DNA from: Candidatus Zixiibacteriota bacterium
GTDB taxonomy: Bacteria; JAAXHH01
Reading direction: 5' to 3'
NCBI GenBank assembly: GCA_016867335.1
Contig: VGJU01000002.1
Location: forward strand, 1 to 62,281
DNA length: 62,281 nt
A program made the position numbers and the translations under genes. Below the pieces are notes generated by a model. It was not told the DNA's origin and did not search any database. It was given only the letters and a program-made list of their open reading frames with translations. Of this stretch, positions 1-9,851 are shown in pieces; the first letter of the stretch is position 1; each line of letters begins with the position of its first letter.

Positions 1-735
1 TGGGCGCTCTCTTGTCCATCTGGGATGATGGGTCGGGTGCGTATGTCGTTCGGGGTGGGGCATCAACCCGAAAATGCGCCCTGTCGCGTCGCACAGCCCG
101 GCTATGTCGTCCACCGAGCCGTTGGGACTCCATGGGTATGGTGTGGAACCGCCGTCTTTTTCCGGCGATACGTACTGCAACGCGATATGGCCGCCCGTAT
201 GCAGACGACGGCGCACCTCTTCCGACGCAGGGATGATTTTTCCTTCCCCGTGGGCCACCGGCACGTAGAGCGTGTCCGGCATGTCTCTGGTAAATACACA
301 CGGGCTTTGCGGATTGCGGCGGATATGAACCCAGCGGCATTCGAACTTGCCGGAATCGTTGTAAAAGAGTGTCGTTTCCTGTCGGCGTTGTGCATGATCG
401 GTACGGGGTAGCAGTCCCATCTTGATCAACACCTGAAATCCGTTGCAGATGCCCAGAATCAGCCTGCCGTCTTCGATAAATCGATTGACGCTTTCTCCCA
501 AGCGGTACTCAAGCTCATTTGCGAGCACCTTGCCGCCCGAAATGTCGTCTCCGTAGGAAAAACCGCCAGGCAGTACGAGAATGTCGTAATCGGACAGTTT
601 TGCTCTTCCGGCAATCAATGCGTTGATATGAAGATGGTCCACCCGGTCAGCGCCGACAAACGCAAAAGCGTGAACCGCTTCGTGGTCGCAGTTGATCCCG
701 GCGGCGCGAAGCACAAGAACCGAAACGGTGGGCAT
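1..735 (-). CDS. purQ: Phosphoribosylformylglycinamidine synthase glutaminase subunit (3' end runs off the window)
   Basis: Own translation from ATG at 735: MPTVSVLVLRAAGINCDHE...LPGGFSYGDD...LGICNGFQVL...MPHPER. No stop inside the window, so it is absent from the ORF track. Lies downstream of purL. Confidence 0.95.
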   Translation of the reverse strand, partial: MPTVSVLVLRAAGINCDHEAVHAFAFVGADRVDHLHINALIAGRAKLSDYDILVLPGGFSYGDDISGGKVLANELEYRLGESVNRFIEDGRLILGICNGFQVLIKMGLLPRTDHAQRRQETTLFYNDSGKFECRWVHIRRNPQSPCVFTRDMPDTLYVPVAHGEGKIIPASEEVRRRLHTGGHIALQYVSPEKDGGSTPYPWSPNGSVDDIAGLCDATGRIFGLMPHPERHTHPTHHPRWTRERP

Positions 736-769
736 ATAGGTTTCCTGTGAAAAGGGCAGGACACCGGCG

Positions 770-3202
770 TTACCACTTCAAGGGCCGCTGCCAGGCATCC
801 TTGAGTATTTCGCACGCTACATCGATCACTCGGTTCCCAGCGAGACCGGTCGCTTCGAGTCTACCGGTGGAGACGATCTCGCCTACGCAGGCACAGACGC
901 TGCCGGAGAGCGTTTTCTCGAATTCTTGTTCACATCCTCGGATCACCTCTACAACAAACCGGCTGTTCGATTCGGAGAAAAGGATTTGTTCGTCGCGTGT
1001 CACGTCCGCACCGGTTGGCACATTTCTCAGGTCGAGCAACATGCCCAGACCGCCTGCAAACGCCATCTCGGCGACGGCGACGGCCAGCCCGCCTTCGGAG
1101 CAGTCGTGACACGCCGCTACGAGTTCTTTCGAGATGGCCGTCTGAAGCGCCTCCATCGTCCGTTTTGCCGCTACAGGATCGACGGTGGGAACGGTATTTC
1201 CGGTATATCCCAAATTTCGGTAGTACTGAGAGCCGCCGAGTTCGTTTTTGGTCAGCCCCACTGCATAGACTAGGTTTCCGGCAGTTTTGGCATCCATCGA
1301 AACCGCGTTGCGTACATCGTCCATGACACATATCGCCGAGATCAGCAGGGTCGGCGGGATGGCGATGGTCCGCGTACCGTCGGAGAATTCGTTATAAAAG
1401 CTGTCTTTGCCCGAAATAAAGGGAGTCTCGAACGCTATGGCCATGTCGTAACAGGCGCGTGCGGCGCGCACCAGCGCGCCGAGCCGGTCGGGCTTGTCCG
1501 GGTTGCCCCAGCAGAAATTGTCCAGCAACGCGGTTTGGTCTATGCGCCCGCCGACACAGGTGATCTGGCGCAGCGCCTCGTCGATGGCCGCCGCCGCCAT
1601 CCAGTACGGGTCGATATCGCCGTACGCGGGATTGATGCCGTTGGCGACGGCAAGTCCTCGGTCGGATGTAAGCACGGGGCGAACGATGGAAGCGTCGCCG
1701 GGACCATCGTTTTGGATGCCCTGTAGAGGTTTCAGGGCGCTGCCGCCCTGAACCTCGTAATCATATTGTCGGATTACCCATTCCTTGCTCGCTATGTTCC
1801 ACGAGGAAAAGAGATCGACAAGTACAGCGCCCGGATCAACGGTAGGGTGTTCCGGGGGCTCCGGATGCCGTGTCGGGTTCCATGCCGCGCGACGTACGAT
1901 ACGGGGGACGCCCCGGTGGAGAAACTCCATGTCGAGGTCGGCCACGACAACGCCATCGGTCACGCGTGTTTCGCCGCGCCATGTCACGCGGAGTCTTTGG
2001 TCTTTGGTAAATTCTCCGATGACGGTGGCTTGTACGTCTTCTCGTCTGCAAAGTTCGACAAGCGCGTCGAGATTTTCGGGGGGAACCGCAAGGACCATGC
2101 GTTCCTGCGACTCCGACAGAAAGATTTCCCAAGGTTTGAGGCCGCCGTATTTGAGCGGCGCGCGTTCGAGATACACTACCGCGCCCGTATCGCGTCCCAT
2201 TTCGCCGATGGCCGAAGAAAAACCGCCCGCGCCGCAATCGGTGATGTTGCGAAACAGGTTTTGGTCGCGTGCTTGAAGCAGCACGTCCAGCATTTTCTTT
2301 TCCTCGATAGGGTTTCCGATCTGAACGGCCTGTGTGGCGGTGCTTTCCGACGTCTCGTTAAGTTCTATCGACGAAAAGGTAGCACCGTGGATACCGTCGC
2401 GTCCGGTTTTTCCGCCGACGGCCACGATAAGATCACCGGGGCGGACCGATTTTTCGCACCGGTCCACCGGGACGATGCCGGCCGTACCGCAGTACACGAG
2501 CGGGTTGCCCAGATAGCGTTCGTCAAAACAGATCGCACCGTTTACCGTCGGGATGCCCATGCGATTGCCGTAATCGCGCACCCCTGCGACGACCCCCTTG
2601 AAAATCCTCTTGGGATGCAGGACGCCCTCCGGAAGCCGATCGTGGGGAAAATCGGGCGGGGCAAAACAAAAAACATCCGTATTGAAAACGGGTTTGGCGC
2701 CAAGTCCTGTGCCGAGCGGATCTCGGATAACGCCGCCGATACCGGTGTTGGCCCCCCCGTAGGGGTCCAGTGCGGACGGATGGTTGTGCGTTTCCACTTT
2801 GAACACGGCGTGGTATTGCTTGTCAAACCGGATAATGCCCGCGTTGTCGATAAAAACGGAAACGCATCGGTCGTCGTCGCCCTTTTGTTTTCTCACCTCT
2901 TCCGTGGCTTTTCGGATGGTATGCACGAACAGATTGTCGATACGTTCGGTTTTTCCGTTTTCCACGTACTCGATGATTCCGTTGAACACCTTGTGTTTGC
3001 AGTGTTCGGACCATGTTTGGGCGAGGGTTTCGATTTCCACGTCGGTGGGATTTCTGCCCAACCCGGCGAAATGGTCTCGAATCCGTTTCATCTCTTCGAG
3101 GTTGAGGGCCAGCAAACCGGCCCGGCTGATGCGGAGCAGATCTTCGTCCGAGGCGGCGAGCAGTTCGACGGAGGCGGTCGGGTTGTCGGGGAGGATATTC
3201 AT
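770..3202 (-). CDS. purL: Phosphoribosylformylglycinamidine synthase subunit PurL
   Basis: Motifs QTWSEHCKHK, KVETHNHPSALDPYGGA, DCGAGG, ESQERM, FISGKDS, HDCSEGG. Start placed at 3202 because of an ATGA overlap with the upstream stop. Confidence 0.95.
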   Translation of the reverse strand: MNILPDNPTASVELLAASDEDLLRISRAGLLALNLEEMKRIRDHFAGLGRNPTDVEIETLAQTWSEHCKHKVFNGIIEYVENGKTERIDNLFVHTIRKATEEVRKQKGDDDRCVSVFIDNAGIIRFDKQYHAVFKVETHNHPSALDPYGGANTGIGGVIRDPLGTGLGAKPVFNTDVFCFAPPDFPHDRLPEGVLHPKRIFKGVVAGVRDYGNRMGIPTVNGAICFDERYLGNPLVYCGTAGIVPVDRCEKSVRPGDLIVAVGGKTGRDGIHGATFSSIELNETSESTATQAVQIGNPIEEKKMLDVLLQARDQNLFRNITDCGAGGFSSAIGEMGRDTGAVVYLERAPLKYGGLKPWEIFLSESQERMVLAVPPENLDALVELCRREDVQATVIGEFTKDQRLRVTWRGETRVTDGVVVADLDMEFLHRGVPRIVRRAAWNPTRHPEPPEHPTVDPGAVLVDLFSSWNIASKEWVIRQYDYEVQGGSALKPLQGIQNDGPGDASIVRPVLTSDRGLAVANGINPAYGDIDPYWMAAAAIDEALRQITCVGGRIDQTALLDNFCWGNPDKPDRLGALVRAARACYDMAIAFETPFISGKDSFYNEFSDGTRTIAIPPTLLISAICVMDDVRNAVSMDAKTAGNLVYAVGLTKNELGGSQYYRNLGYTGNTVPTVDPVAAKRTMEALQTAISKELVAACHDCSEGGLAVAVAEMAFAGGLGMLLDLRNVPTGADVTRDEQILFSESNSRFVVEVIRGCEQEFEKTLSGSVCACVGEIVSTGRLEATGLAGNRVIDVACEILKDAWQRPLKW

Positions 3203-3687
3203 GCGGTTCCCGGATAGTAGCGATACTGTTCGATGACGTCGTTGGCGAGCAGGCGGCGGCATATAGCGTTTACTGTTTCCGGCGCGATGTCTCCGGAAAG
3301 CACGTAGCCGCGACCGGTAGCGGCATGGGCGATGCCGAGCAGGCCGAGATCGCGGATGCCTTTGAGGGTGGTTTCGCTAGTAGCGTCGGTGACACCGGGG
3401 CGTAGCCACACTTCGATACCCCACTGGCCGCTTTTTGCGCGAAGACGACCGTCGGGACCGACGCGGTAGTCTTGCGTCACCGGATCGGCAAGAAGACGGG
3501 TGGCGGCGTTTTGCGCGTCGGCTTCTGACAGCGCGCCGCAAAGTAGATACAGCCGAACAAACCGAACGCCACCGACTCCCGAAATCCCGAGGTCGGCGAT
3601 GTCACCACAAATCCCGTCCCCGACCGCATCGACAACCCCGGGACGGTTGGAAATTTCGATATACCAAGTATGTTCTTCGGTGTGCAT
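3199..3687 (-). CDS. purS: Tandem PurS-like domain protein
   Basis: Two PurS-like repeats (RPGVVDAVG...LLADPVTQDY and LRPGVTDATS...LLANDVIEQY). Translationally coupled to purL. Confidence 0.8.
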   Translation of the reverse strand: MHTEEHTWYIEISNRPGVVDAVGDGICGDIADLGISGVGGVRFVRLYLLCGALSEADAQNAATRLLADPVTQDYRVGPDGRLRAKSGQWGIEVWLRPGVTDATSETTLKGIRDLGLLGIAHAATGRGYVLSGDIAPETVNAICRRLLANDVIEQYRYYPGTA

Positions 3688-3756
3688 GCCGGTATCTTTT
3701 TGAAGAAAGGTTTATCCCTTCCATTGCCCCTGAAAATGCCGTATCCGGGCGCAGGT

Positions 3757-3785
3757 AATGTAGTTGGGAAGGGTGGCTTTGTCAA
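3757..3785 (-). promoter_or_regulatory. Putative sigma-70 promoter for the pur operon
   Basis: Minus strand TTGACA-17 nt-TACATT. Confidence 0.6.
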
Positions 3786-3804
3786 TCTCAAAGCGAGAAA
3801 AGAC

Positions 3805-3833
3805 TTGACCTGACGCTCTATTTTGCGTATTCT
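3805..3833 (+). promoter_or_regulatory. Putative sigma-70 promoter upstream of the sigma factor gene, divergent from the pur promoter
   Basis: TTGACC-17 nt-TATTCT. Confidence 0.55.
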
Positions 3834-4064
3834 ATGTCGTTGGGTGTCCGACAGGAAACGGGACGGAATCTCCTCCGTCGAGTCCTTGCCCGGCCCCCGA
3901 AAACCCTTGTTTCACAGGATATTTCCCTACCTTGAAGTATCGAGTGGAATGGACTTGTTTTGGCAATCCTTACTGAACACCCGGCGATGGCTTGCTCCTT
4001 GTTGCTTACTCAAGTCGAAGCACCGACCGGGGCACTTTACCACAGCATGACGATGGGTTGCAGC

Positions 4065-4125
4065 CGCCGGATTGCGGAAGGTCTGCCGGGTTTCCGTTTT
4101 CCGTACGGCGCCGGATTGCGGAAGG
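4065..4125 (+). repeat. 17-bp direct repeat CGCCGGATTGCGGAAGG in the sigma factor leader
   Basis: Exact copies at 4065-4081 and 4109-4125. The second runs into the GGAGGT ribosome-binding site. Confidence 0.85.
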
Positions 4126-4143
4126 GAGGTGACCGTCATTAGC

Positions 4144-5013
4144 ATGTCATATCAGGAGTCTTACAGCAGCGGGACACGATACGAGCAGTCCCTGTACCGG
4201 TATTTGGCCGAGATGTCCCGATACCCGTTGATTTCGGCGGACGAGGAAGTCGAACTGGCGCGCAGAATCAAACAGGGCGATCAGAGGGCGCTGGACAAAC
4301 TGGTAAAGGCCAATCTTCGCTTTGTGGTCAGTGTGGCGCGACAGTACCAAAATTACGGCCTGCCTCTTCTCGACATGATCAACGAAGGCAACATGGGGCT
4401 GATGCGGGCAGCCAGAAAATTCGACGAGACGCGCGGATACAAGTTTATCTCCTATGCGGTATGGTGGATTCGTCAGGCCATCATCCAGGCCATCGCCAAC
4501 CAATCTCGGACCGTGCGCGTGCCTGTCAACCGTTCCGAAGAACTCCGCCGTATCAAGCAAACCTCGAAACATCTCCAGCACGAGTTGGGTCGCAAACCCG
4601 ACGTAAACGAAATCGCGGAAGAAATGGACGCCTCGGTAGACGAGATCAACGAAGCGCTTTCTTCCTTCAGCCACTGCATCTCGCTTGACGTGCCTTTCAA
4701 CCACGACGACGACCGAAGCCTGCTCGACCTGTTGCCGGACGAGATGCAGACCCCGCCCGACGAGAGTACGATGCTTCAGTTTTTGAAATCGGACGTGGGG
4801 CAGGTGCTGGATACGTTGCCGGAACGGGAGGCGGAAGTGATTCGCCTTTATTTTGGCGTCGGAGCCGAGCGGGCGCATACGCTCGAAGAAATCGGCATCC
4901 GATTCGGTCTTACACGCGAGCGCATTCGGCAGATCAAAGAACGTGCCCTGCAACGCTTGCGTCATGCTTCACGCAGCGGCAAGCTCAGCCCGTATCTGCG
5001 TGATGACGACTGA
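4144..5013 (+). CDS. RNA polymerase sigma-70 factor, RpoD/SigA family, lacking region 1.1
   Basis: Region 1.2 (LYRYLAEMSRYPLI), LVKANLRFVVSVA, GYKFISYAVWWIRQAI, and region 4 TLEEIG..FGLTRERIRQIKERAL. GGAGGT upstream of ATG 4144. Confidence 0.93.
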   Translation: MSYQESYSSGTRYEQSLYRYLAEMSRYPLISADEEVELARRIKQGDQRALDKLVKANLRFVVSVARQYQNYGLPLLDMINEGNMGLMRAARKFDETRGYKFISYAVWWIRQAIIQAIANQSRTVRVPVNRSEELRRIKQTSKHLQHELGRKPDVNEIAEEMDASVDEINEALSSFSHCISLDVPFNHDDDRSLLDLLPDEMQTPPDESTMLQFLKSDVGQVLDTLPEREAEVIRLYFGVGAERAHTLEEIGIRFGLTRERIRQIKERALQRLRHASRSGKLSPYLRDDD

Positions 5014-5030
5014 TCTTGAGGGAGGTTCCC

Positions 5031-5264
5031 ATGTCTCGTGAGGGCATAGGTCACGATGGATTCTTGTTTTTGTCGGGCGCTATTGTAGGCGCCATCGTAG
5101 GACTTTCGGTCGGCATTCTGATCGCGCCTAACAGCGGAGCGGTCACCCGCCGGAAGATCCTCCGAAGCGCAGGCGAAGCCAAAGACCACGTCACCGAGGT
5201 GATCGACGACCTCGAAGAAAGCGGTCGCTCTTTTATCAACAATGTAAAAGGCACCATCAAGTAA
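5031..5264 (+). CDS. YtxH-domain small membrane-anchored protein
   Basis: FLSGAIVGAIVGLSVGILIAPNSGAVTRRKI matches the YtxH pattern. GGAGG ribosome-binding site. Confidence 0.85.
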   Translation: MSREGIGHDGFLFLSGAIVGAIVGLSVGILIAPNSGAVTRRKILRSAGEAKDHVTEVIDDLEESGRSFINNVKGTIK

Positions 5265-5467
5265 CGCGCCTCGATTTTCAAGGCCGTTTTCCCCTCCTGC
5301 GCCAAAGCCTTGCCACCCCGATGGGACAGTCTACCGCCCATCGGGGTTTTTATTGGGGAAAAACGGTTGTCATCCCGACGGATTGTAAGTAACTTGTCGA
5401 GTAAGAAGGAAAAGTCGTTCCTTCCTCCGTTGTCCTTCAAACTTTATCGATCGAGGTATACGCCGTC

Positions 5468-8400
5468 ATGTTCAGTAAACTGCTGGGAAAAATCTTCGGA
5501 ACCAAACAAGACAGAGACATCAAGCGTTTTACCCCGCTTGTCGAAGAGATCAACGCCTGGGCCGACGAATTTCGAACGCTGACAGACGAGCAGTTTCCCG
5601 AAAAAACGGCAGAATTTCGTCGCCGCTTCGAAGAGGGAGAAACGCTCGATGACATGCTTCCGGAGGCGTTTGGGCTGGTCAAGGAGGTGTGTCAGCGCAA
5701 GGTCGGCCAGAAATGGCTCGTCCGCGGTCATGAAATCAAGTGGAATATGGTTCCCTACGATGTCCAGCTTATGGGCGCTATCGGCCTGCACGAAGGCAAT
5801 ATCGCGGAAATGGCGACCGGGGAGGGCAAAACGCTGGTCGCCATCTTCCCGTTGTATCTCAACGGGCTTACGGGCAAAGGCACGCATTTGGTGACGGTAA
5901 ACGAATATCTTGCCAACCGTGACATGGAGTGGATGCGTCCGATCTACGAATTTCTCGGTCTTACCGTCGATTGTCTACAGGTCCAGGAGTCGGACAACGA
6001 ACGCAAGAAAATGGCCTATCTCGCCGACATCACCTATGGAACGACAAGCGAGTTTGGGTTCGACTATCTGCGCGACAACATGAAATGGCGCGTGGAAGAC
6101 CGGGTGCAGCGTGGTTATGTATATGCCATCGTCGACGAGGTGGACTCGATTCTGATCGACGAGGCCAGGACGCCGCTGATCATCGCGGGTGAGGTGCGCG
6201 ACTCGAATACCGAAAAATATACCGATGTCCTGCCCGACGTCCAAAAGCTGGTGCGCGCCCAGACCCGACTGGTGGGGAAACTGGTGTCCGAAGCGGAAGC
6301 GTTGCTCGGAAATCCGGATACCGAGTACGACGCCGGCATCAAACTGCTTCAGGCACAGCGTGGCGCGCCCAAGAACAAGCAACTTATCAAACGCCAACAG
6401 GAACAAGGTGTCAAAAGATTGATCGAACAGGTAGAAAGCGACTATTTGCGCGACAAACGCATGGCGGAGTTGGACGACCAGTTGTACTACACGGTGAACG
6501 AAAAAAATCGACATACCGAAATCAACGAAATCGGACGCGAACTGCTCTCGCCCGGCGAACAGGAGATGTTCGTCATCCCCGATCTGGGAGAAGGTCTCCA
6601 CGACATCGAAGCCGACGATACGTTGAGTCTTCAAGAGAAAAACGCCCGACGGGGGGAACTGGAGCGGGTATATGCCGAGCGAAGCGAACGCATCCACAAC
6701 ATGCATCAGTTGCTTCAGGCGTATGCCATCTTCGAAAAAGACGTAGACTACGTGGTGCAGGACGGCAAGGTGATCATCGTCGATACCTTTACCGGACGGC
6801 TCATGTATGGCAGACGTTACAGTGAAGGGCTTCATCAGGCCATTGAAGCCAAAGAAGGCGTCAAGATAGAACAGGAAACGCGGACCGTAGCCACCATCAC
6901 CATACAGAACTATTTTCGCATGTATGAAAAGCTGGCAGGGATGACCGGCACGGCTTCGACCGAATCGTCCGAATTTTTCCAGATATACAAACTTGACGTT
7001 GTGGAAGTGCCGACCAACCAGCCGGTGCGCCGGATAGACTACGAAGACGTCGTCTATCGCACCCGGCGGGAAAAGTACAATTCGGTCATGGACGAAATCG
7101 AAGACATGAACAAAAAAGGCCGTCCCGTGCTTATCGGAACCGCGTCGGTACAGGCGTCCGAAACCTTGAGCCGGATGCTAGCCGGGCGAGGTATCAAACA
7201 CAACGTGCTCAACGCCAAATTCCATCAGCAGGAAGCCGAAATCGTCGCCGGCGCGGGACAGACCGGCGCGGTGACCATTGCCACCAACATGGCCGGTCGT
7301 GGAACCGACATCAAACTCGGTCCCGGCGTGGTCAAATGCGACAAATGCCATATCCACAACAGCGAACCGCTCAACACCCCTACCGCGGACGGCCTGACGC
7401 TCAAAGACTGTATGGAAGACGTGCCCTGCGGGTTGCACATCGTGGGTACGGAACGCCACGAGGCGCGCCGTATCGACCGCCAGCTTCGCGGTAGATCGGG
7501 CCGTCAGGGCGATCCGGGATCTTCGCGTTTCTTTTTGTCGCTCGAAGACGACCTGATGCGGCTTTTTGGCGGCGAAAAAATCGCAACCGTCATGGATCGG
7601 TTCAAAATACCCGAAGGCGAAGTCATCGAACATCCGCTTGTGACCCGGTCCATAGGAAATGCGCAGAAAAAGGTGGAAGCCCGCAACTTTGACATGCGAA
7701 AACACGTGCTCGAATACGACAATGTGATGAACCAGCAGCGCGAGGCGGTTTACGATCGAAGACTGACCGCGCTCGAAGGCGGCGACCTGCGAAACGAAGT
7801 GATGGCCATGATCGAAAACATCGTAGCCCTCAAAGTGGGGCTTTATACCGATCCCAAAACCTACCCCGAAGATTGGGATTTGGAAGGGTTGAGCACCGAT
7901 CTGGCGCGTAACTTCCATGTCGTGTTTCATATCCCCGACGAGGAGATGCAAAATCTGATGGTCGAGGGGCTGACCGAAGCGGTCGAGGAAAAGATGGTGC
8001 AGACTTATGAAGGCAAGGAAGCCGGGTTGCCTTCGCCCGATCTCATGCGGCGGCTTGAGCGTTTTGCCACATTGCACGTCATCGACAACGCATGGCAGGA
8101 ACATCTCTACGAAATCGACCGGATGCGTGAGGGGATACATCTTCGGGCCTACGGCCAACTCGACCCGCTGATTCAGTACAAGAAGGAAGCCTTTTCGATG
8201 TTCGAGGAGTTGTGGGATCGATTGGACGAGGAGATACTCAAGACGATTTACAGCGCCGAAATCGCCGAGGTGGAACCTGCGCCGCGTCGTCTGCCCGTCA
8301 ACATGCGGATGATACATCAGGAAGCGCCGACCATGACGCAACTGCCCGCGGAACCTGTCGGCGCCGAAGATGATACAGAGGTCGAAGACGACCGTTCAGA

Positions 8401-8524
8401 GCGTTCGTCTGAGCGCCCCCGTCAGGAGCCGGTGCGTGTGGAGAAAAAGTTGGGACGCAACGACTTGTGTCCGTGCGGCAGTGGTAAAAAATACAAGAAA
8501 TGTCACGGAGTCGGGATGGTGTAA
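5468..8524 (+). CDS. secA: Preprotein translocase ATPase SecA
   Basis: IAEMATGEGKTL, IVDEVDSILIDEARTPLII, TNMAGRGTDI, RIDRQLRGRSGRQGDPG, and C-terminal SEC-C motif GRNDLCPCGSGKKYKKCHG. Confidence 0.98.
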   Translation: MFSKLLGKIFGTKQDRDIKRFTPLVEEINAWADEFRTLTDEQFPEKTAEFRRRFEEGETLDDMLPEAFGLVKEVCQRKVGQKWLVRGHEIKWNMVPYDVQLMGAIGLHEGNIAEMATGEGKTLVAIFPLYLNGLTGKGTHLVTVNEYLANRDMEWMRPIYEFLGLTVDCLQVQESDNERKKMAYLADITYGTTSEFGFDYLRDNMKWRVEDRVQRGYVYAIVDEVDSILIDEARTPLIIAGEVRDSNTEKYTDVLPDVQKLVRAQTRLVGKLVSEAEALLGNPDTEYDAGIKLLQAQRGAPKNKQLIKRQQEQGVKRLIEQVESDYLRDKRMAELDDQLYYTVNEKNRHTEINEIGRELLSPGEQEMFVIPDLGEGLHDIEADDTLSLQEKNARRGELERVYAERSERIHNMHQLLQAYAIFEKDVDYVVQDGKVIIVDTFTGRLMYGRRYSEGLHQAIEAKEGVKIEQETRTVATITIQNYFRMYEKLAGMTGTASTESSEFFQIYKLDVVEVPTNQPVRRIDYEDVVYRTRREKYNSVMDEIEDMNKKGRPVLIGTASVQASETLSRMLAGRGIKHNVLNAKFHQQEAEIVAGAGQTGAVTIATNMAGRGTDIKLGPGVVKCDKCHIHNSEPLNTPTADGLTLKDCMEDVPCGLHIVGTERHEARRIDRQLRGRSGRQGDPGSSRFFLSLEDDLMRLFGGEKIATVMDRFKIPEGEVIEHPLVTRSIGNAQKKVEARNFDMRKHVLEYDNVMNQQREAVYDRRLTALEGGDLRNEVMAMIENIVALKVGLYTDPKTYPEDWDLEGLSTDLARNFHVVFHIPDEEMQNLMVEGLTEAVEEKMVQTYEGKEAGLPSPDLMRRLERFATLHVIDNAWQEHLYEIDRMREGIHLRAYGQLDPLIQYKKEAFSMFEELWDRLDEEILKTIYSAEIAEVEPAPRRLPVNMRMIHQEAPTMTQLPAEPVGAEDDTEVEDDRSERSSERPRQEPVRVEKKLGRNDLCPCGSGKKYKKCHGVGMV

Positions 8525-8544
8525 AGCCAATCCTGACTCGATAT

Positions 8545-9618
8545 CTACGCTCCCACCGCCTTTCCGGTGGCCGGATCGAACAGCCTCAGATGTGCGGGAT
8601 CGGGGCGTAGCGCTATGGAAGCGCCGGGAGGGAGCGCCGCTGTCGTATTGGCAAGCGCGACCACACGCCCCCACCCCGTATCGGCATACACATACCGGCG
8701 TGCGCCCAGATATTCGGTCAGCACCACCGTCCCGGTCAGCGGCCCGTCGTCCTTTACCAAAAGATATTCGGGGCGTATCCCCCAGGTAACCGCCCCGCGC
8801 ACCCCCTCGGCAAACGCGGGAAACGCAAGCCGCGTGCCGCCCGGCCCCGCCAAAAACCGTTCTCCCCCTTCTTCGATCAGCGCGCCGTCCATCAGATTCA
8901 TCCCCGGACTTCCCACAAAATGGGCGACAAACAGATCGGCAGGACGTTCGTACACCTCCTCCGGTTCCCCCATCTGGCGAATTTCTCCGTCGCGCACCAC
9001 AACGATGCGGTCGGCCAGCGCCATCGCCTCTTCCTGATCGTGCGTCACATAAAAAGTGGTGACGTGTGTCTCCGACTGTTGTTCGCGGATAAACTCGCGC
9101 AGAACCAGCCGCAGACCGGCGTCGAGCGTGCCGATCGGTTCATCCATCAGATAGAGCCGAGGCCGACGCACCATCGCACGCGCCAAGGCGACGCGCTGTT
9201 GGTCACCCCCACTCAGTTGTCCCGGGAACAGATCGAGCAACGCCTCCAGCCCTGTCTGACGCGCGATGGCATGTACCCGCGCGCGACATTCCTCTTTGCC
9301 GATACCTGCGTTTTCAAGCGGAAATGCGATGTTGGCGGCGACGGTCAGATGTGGATACAGTGCATAAAACTGAAACACGAACCCCACGTCGCGCTGTCCC
9401 GGACGAAGCAGGACGATGTCGTTCCCTTCGAGCAGGATACGCCCCGCCGTAGGGGTTTCGAGACCGGCGATCATGCGCAGTGTCGTGGTCTTGCCGCATC
9501 CCGAAGGGCCGAGCAGAACGATAAACTCGCCCTCGTTCGCGTCTATGTCTACGCCTTTTACCGCGTGAGTTCCGTCCGCATACGTTTTACGGAGACCTTC
9601 GATTTGGAGAAAGGACAT
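8545..9618 (-). CDS. Sugar (CUT1) ABC transporter ATP-binding protein
   Basis: Walker A GPSGCGKTT, LSGGDQQRVALARA, MDEP, HDQEEA, and a TOBE-like C-terminus. Confidence 0.93.
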   Translation of the reverse strand: MSFLQIEGLRKTYADGTHAVKGVDIDANEGEFIVLLGPSGCGKTTTLRMIAGLETPTAGRILLEGNDIVLLRPGQRDVGFVFQFYALYPHLTVAANIAFPLENAGIGKEECRARVHAIARQTGLEALLDLFPGQLSGGDQQRVALARAMVRRPRLYLMDEPIGTLDAGLRLVLREFIREQQSETHVTTFYVTHDQEEAMALADRIVVVRDGEIRQMGEPEEVYERPADLFVAHFVGSPGMNLMDGALIEEGGERFLAGPGGTRLAFPAFAEGVRGAVTWGIRPEYLLVKDDGPLTGTVVLTEYLGARRYVYADTGWGRVVALANTTAALPPGASIALRPDPAHLRLFDPATGKAVGA

Positions 9619-9683
9619 GGGGAAGGGGGAAGTTTAAAGGGTGAAGGGTGAAAAAAACGATAGGCCGTTTCAGGGTTGTGGGA

Positions 9684-9851
9684 CTATGGCTCGCGTCCCG
9701 ACCGGGCGTGCGAAGTATAGATGTGCAAGACGGTAAACGCCAACGCGCCTAAAAAACCGACGCGAAAACCGTCTGCCCACCAAGGTTGAAGCATTACGGC
9801 CACGCTGGCGATCATACCCGTAAGGGCGAGACGGTCGAGGGTGCGGATCAT
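9684..9851 (-). CDS. Small two-TM membrane protein (55 aa) in the ABC operon
   Basis: MIRTLDRLALTGMIASVAVMLQPWWADGFRVGFLGALAFTVLHIYTSH... Its ATG overlaps the permease stop (TAATG). Confidence 0.75.
   Translation of the reverse strand: MIRTLDRLALTGMIASVAVMLQPWWADGFRVGFLGALAFTVLHIYTSHARSGREP

Noticed and set aside
1766-3217. Long antisense ORFs (also 7178-8341, 19775-20881, 43480-44799, 57308-58516, 59281-60612 and others)
   Set aside because: They shadow well-supported genes on the opposite strand, which is expected in GC-rich DNA, and show no family motifs.
3840-4060. 6S, SRP or tRNA gene upstream of the sigma factor
   Set aside because: No cloverleaf, SRP loop motif or convincing long 6S-type stem could be identified by eye.
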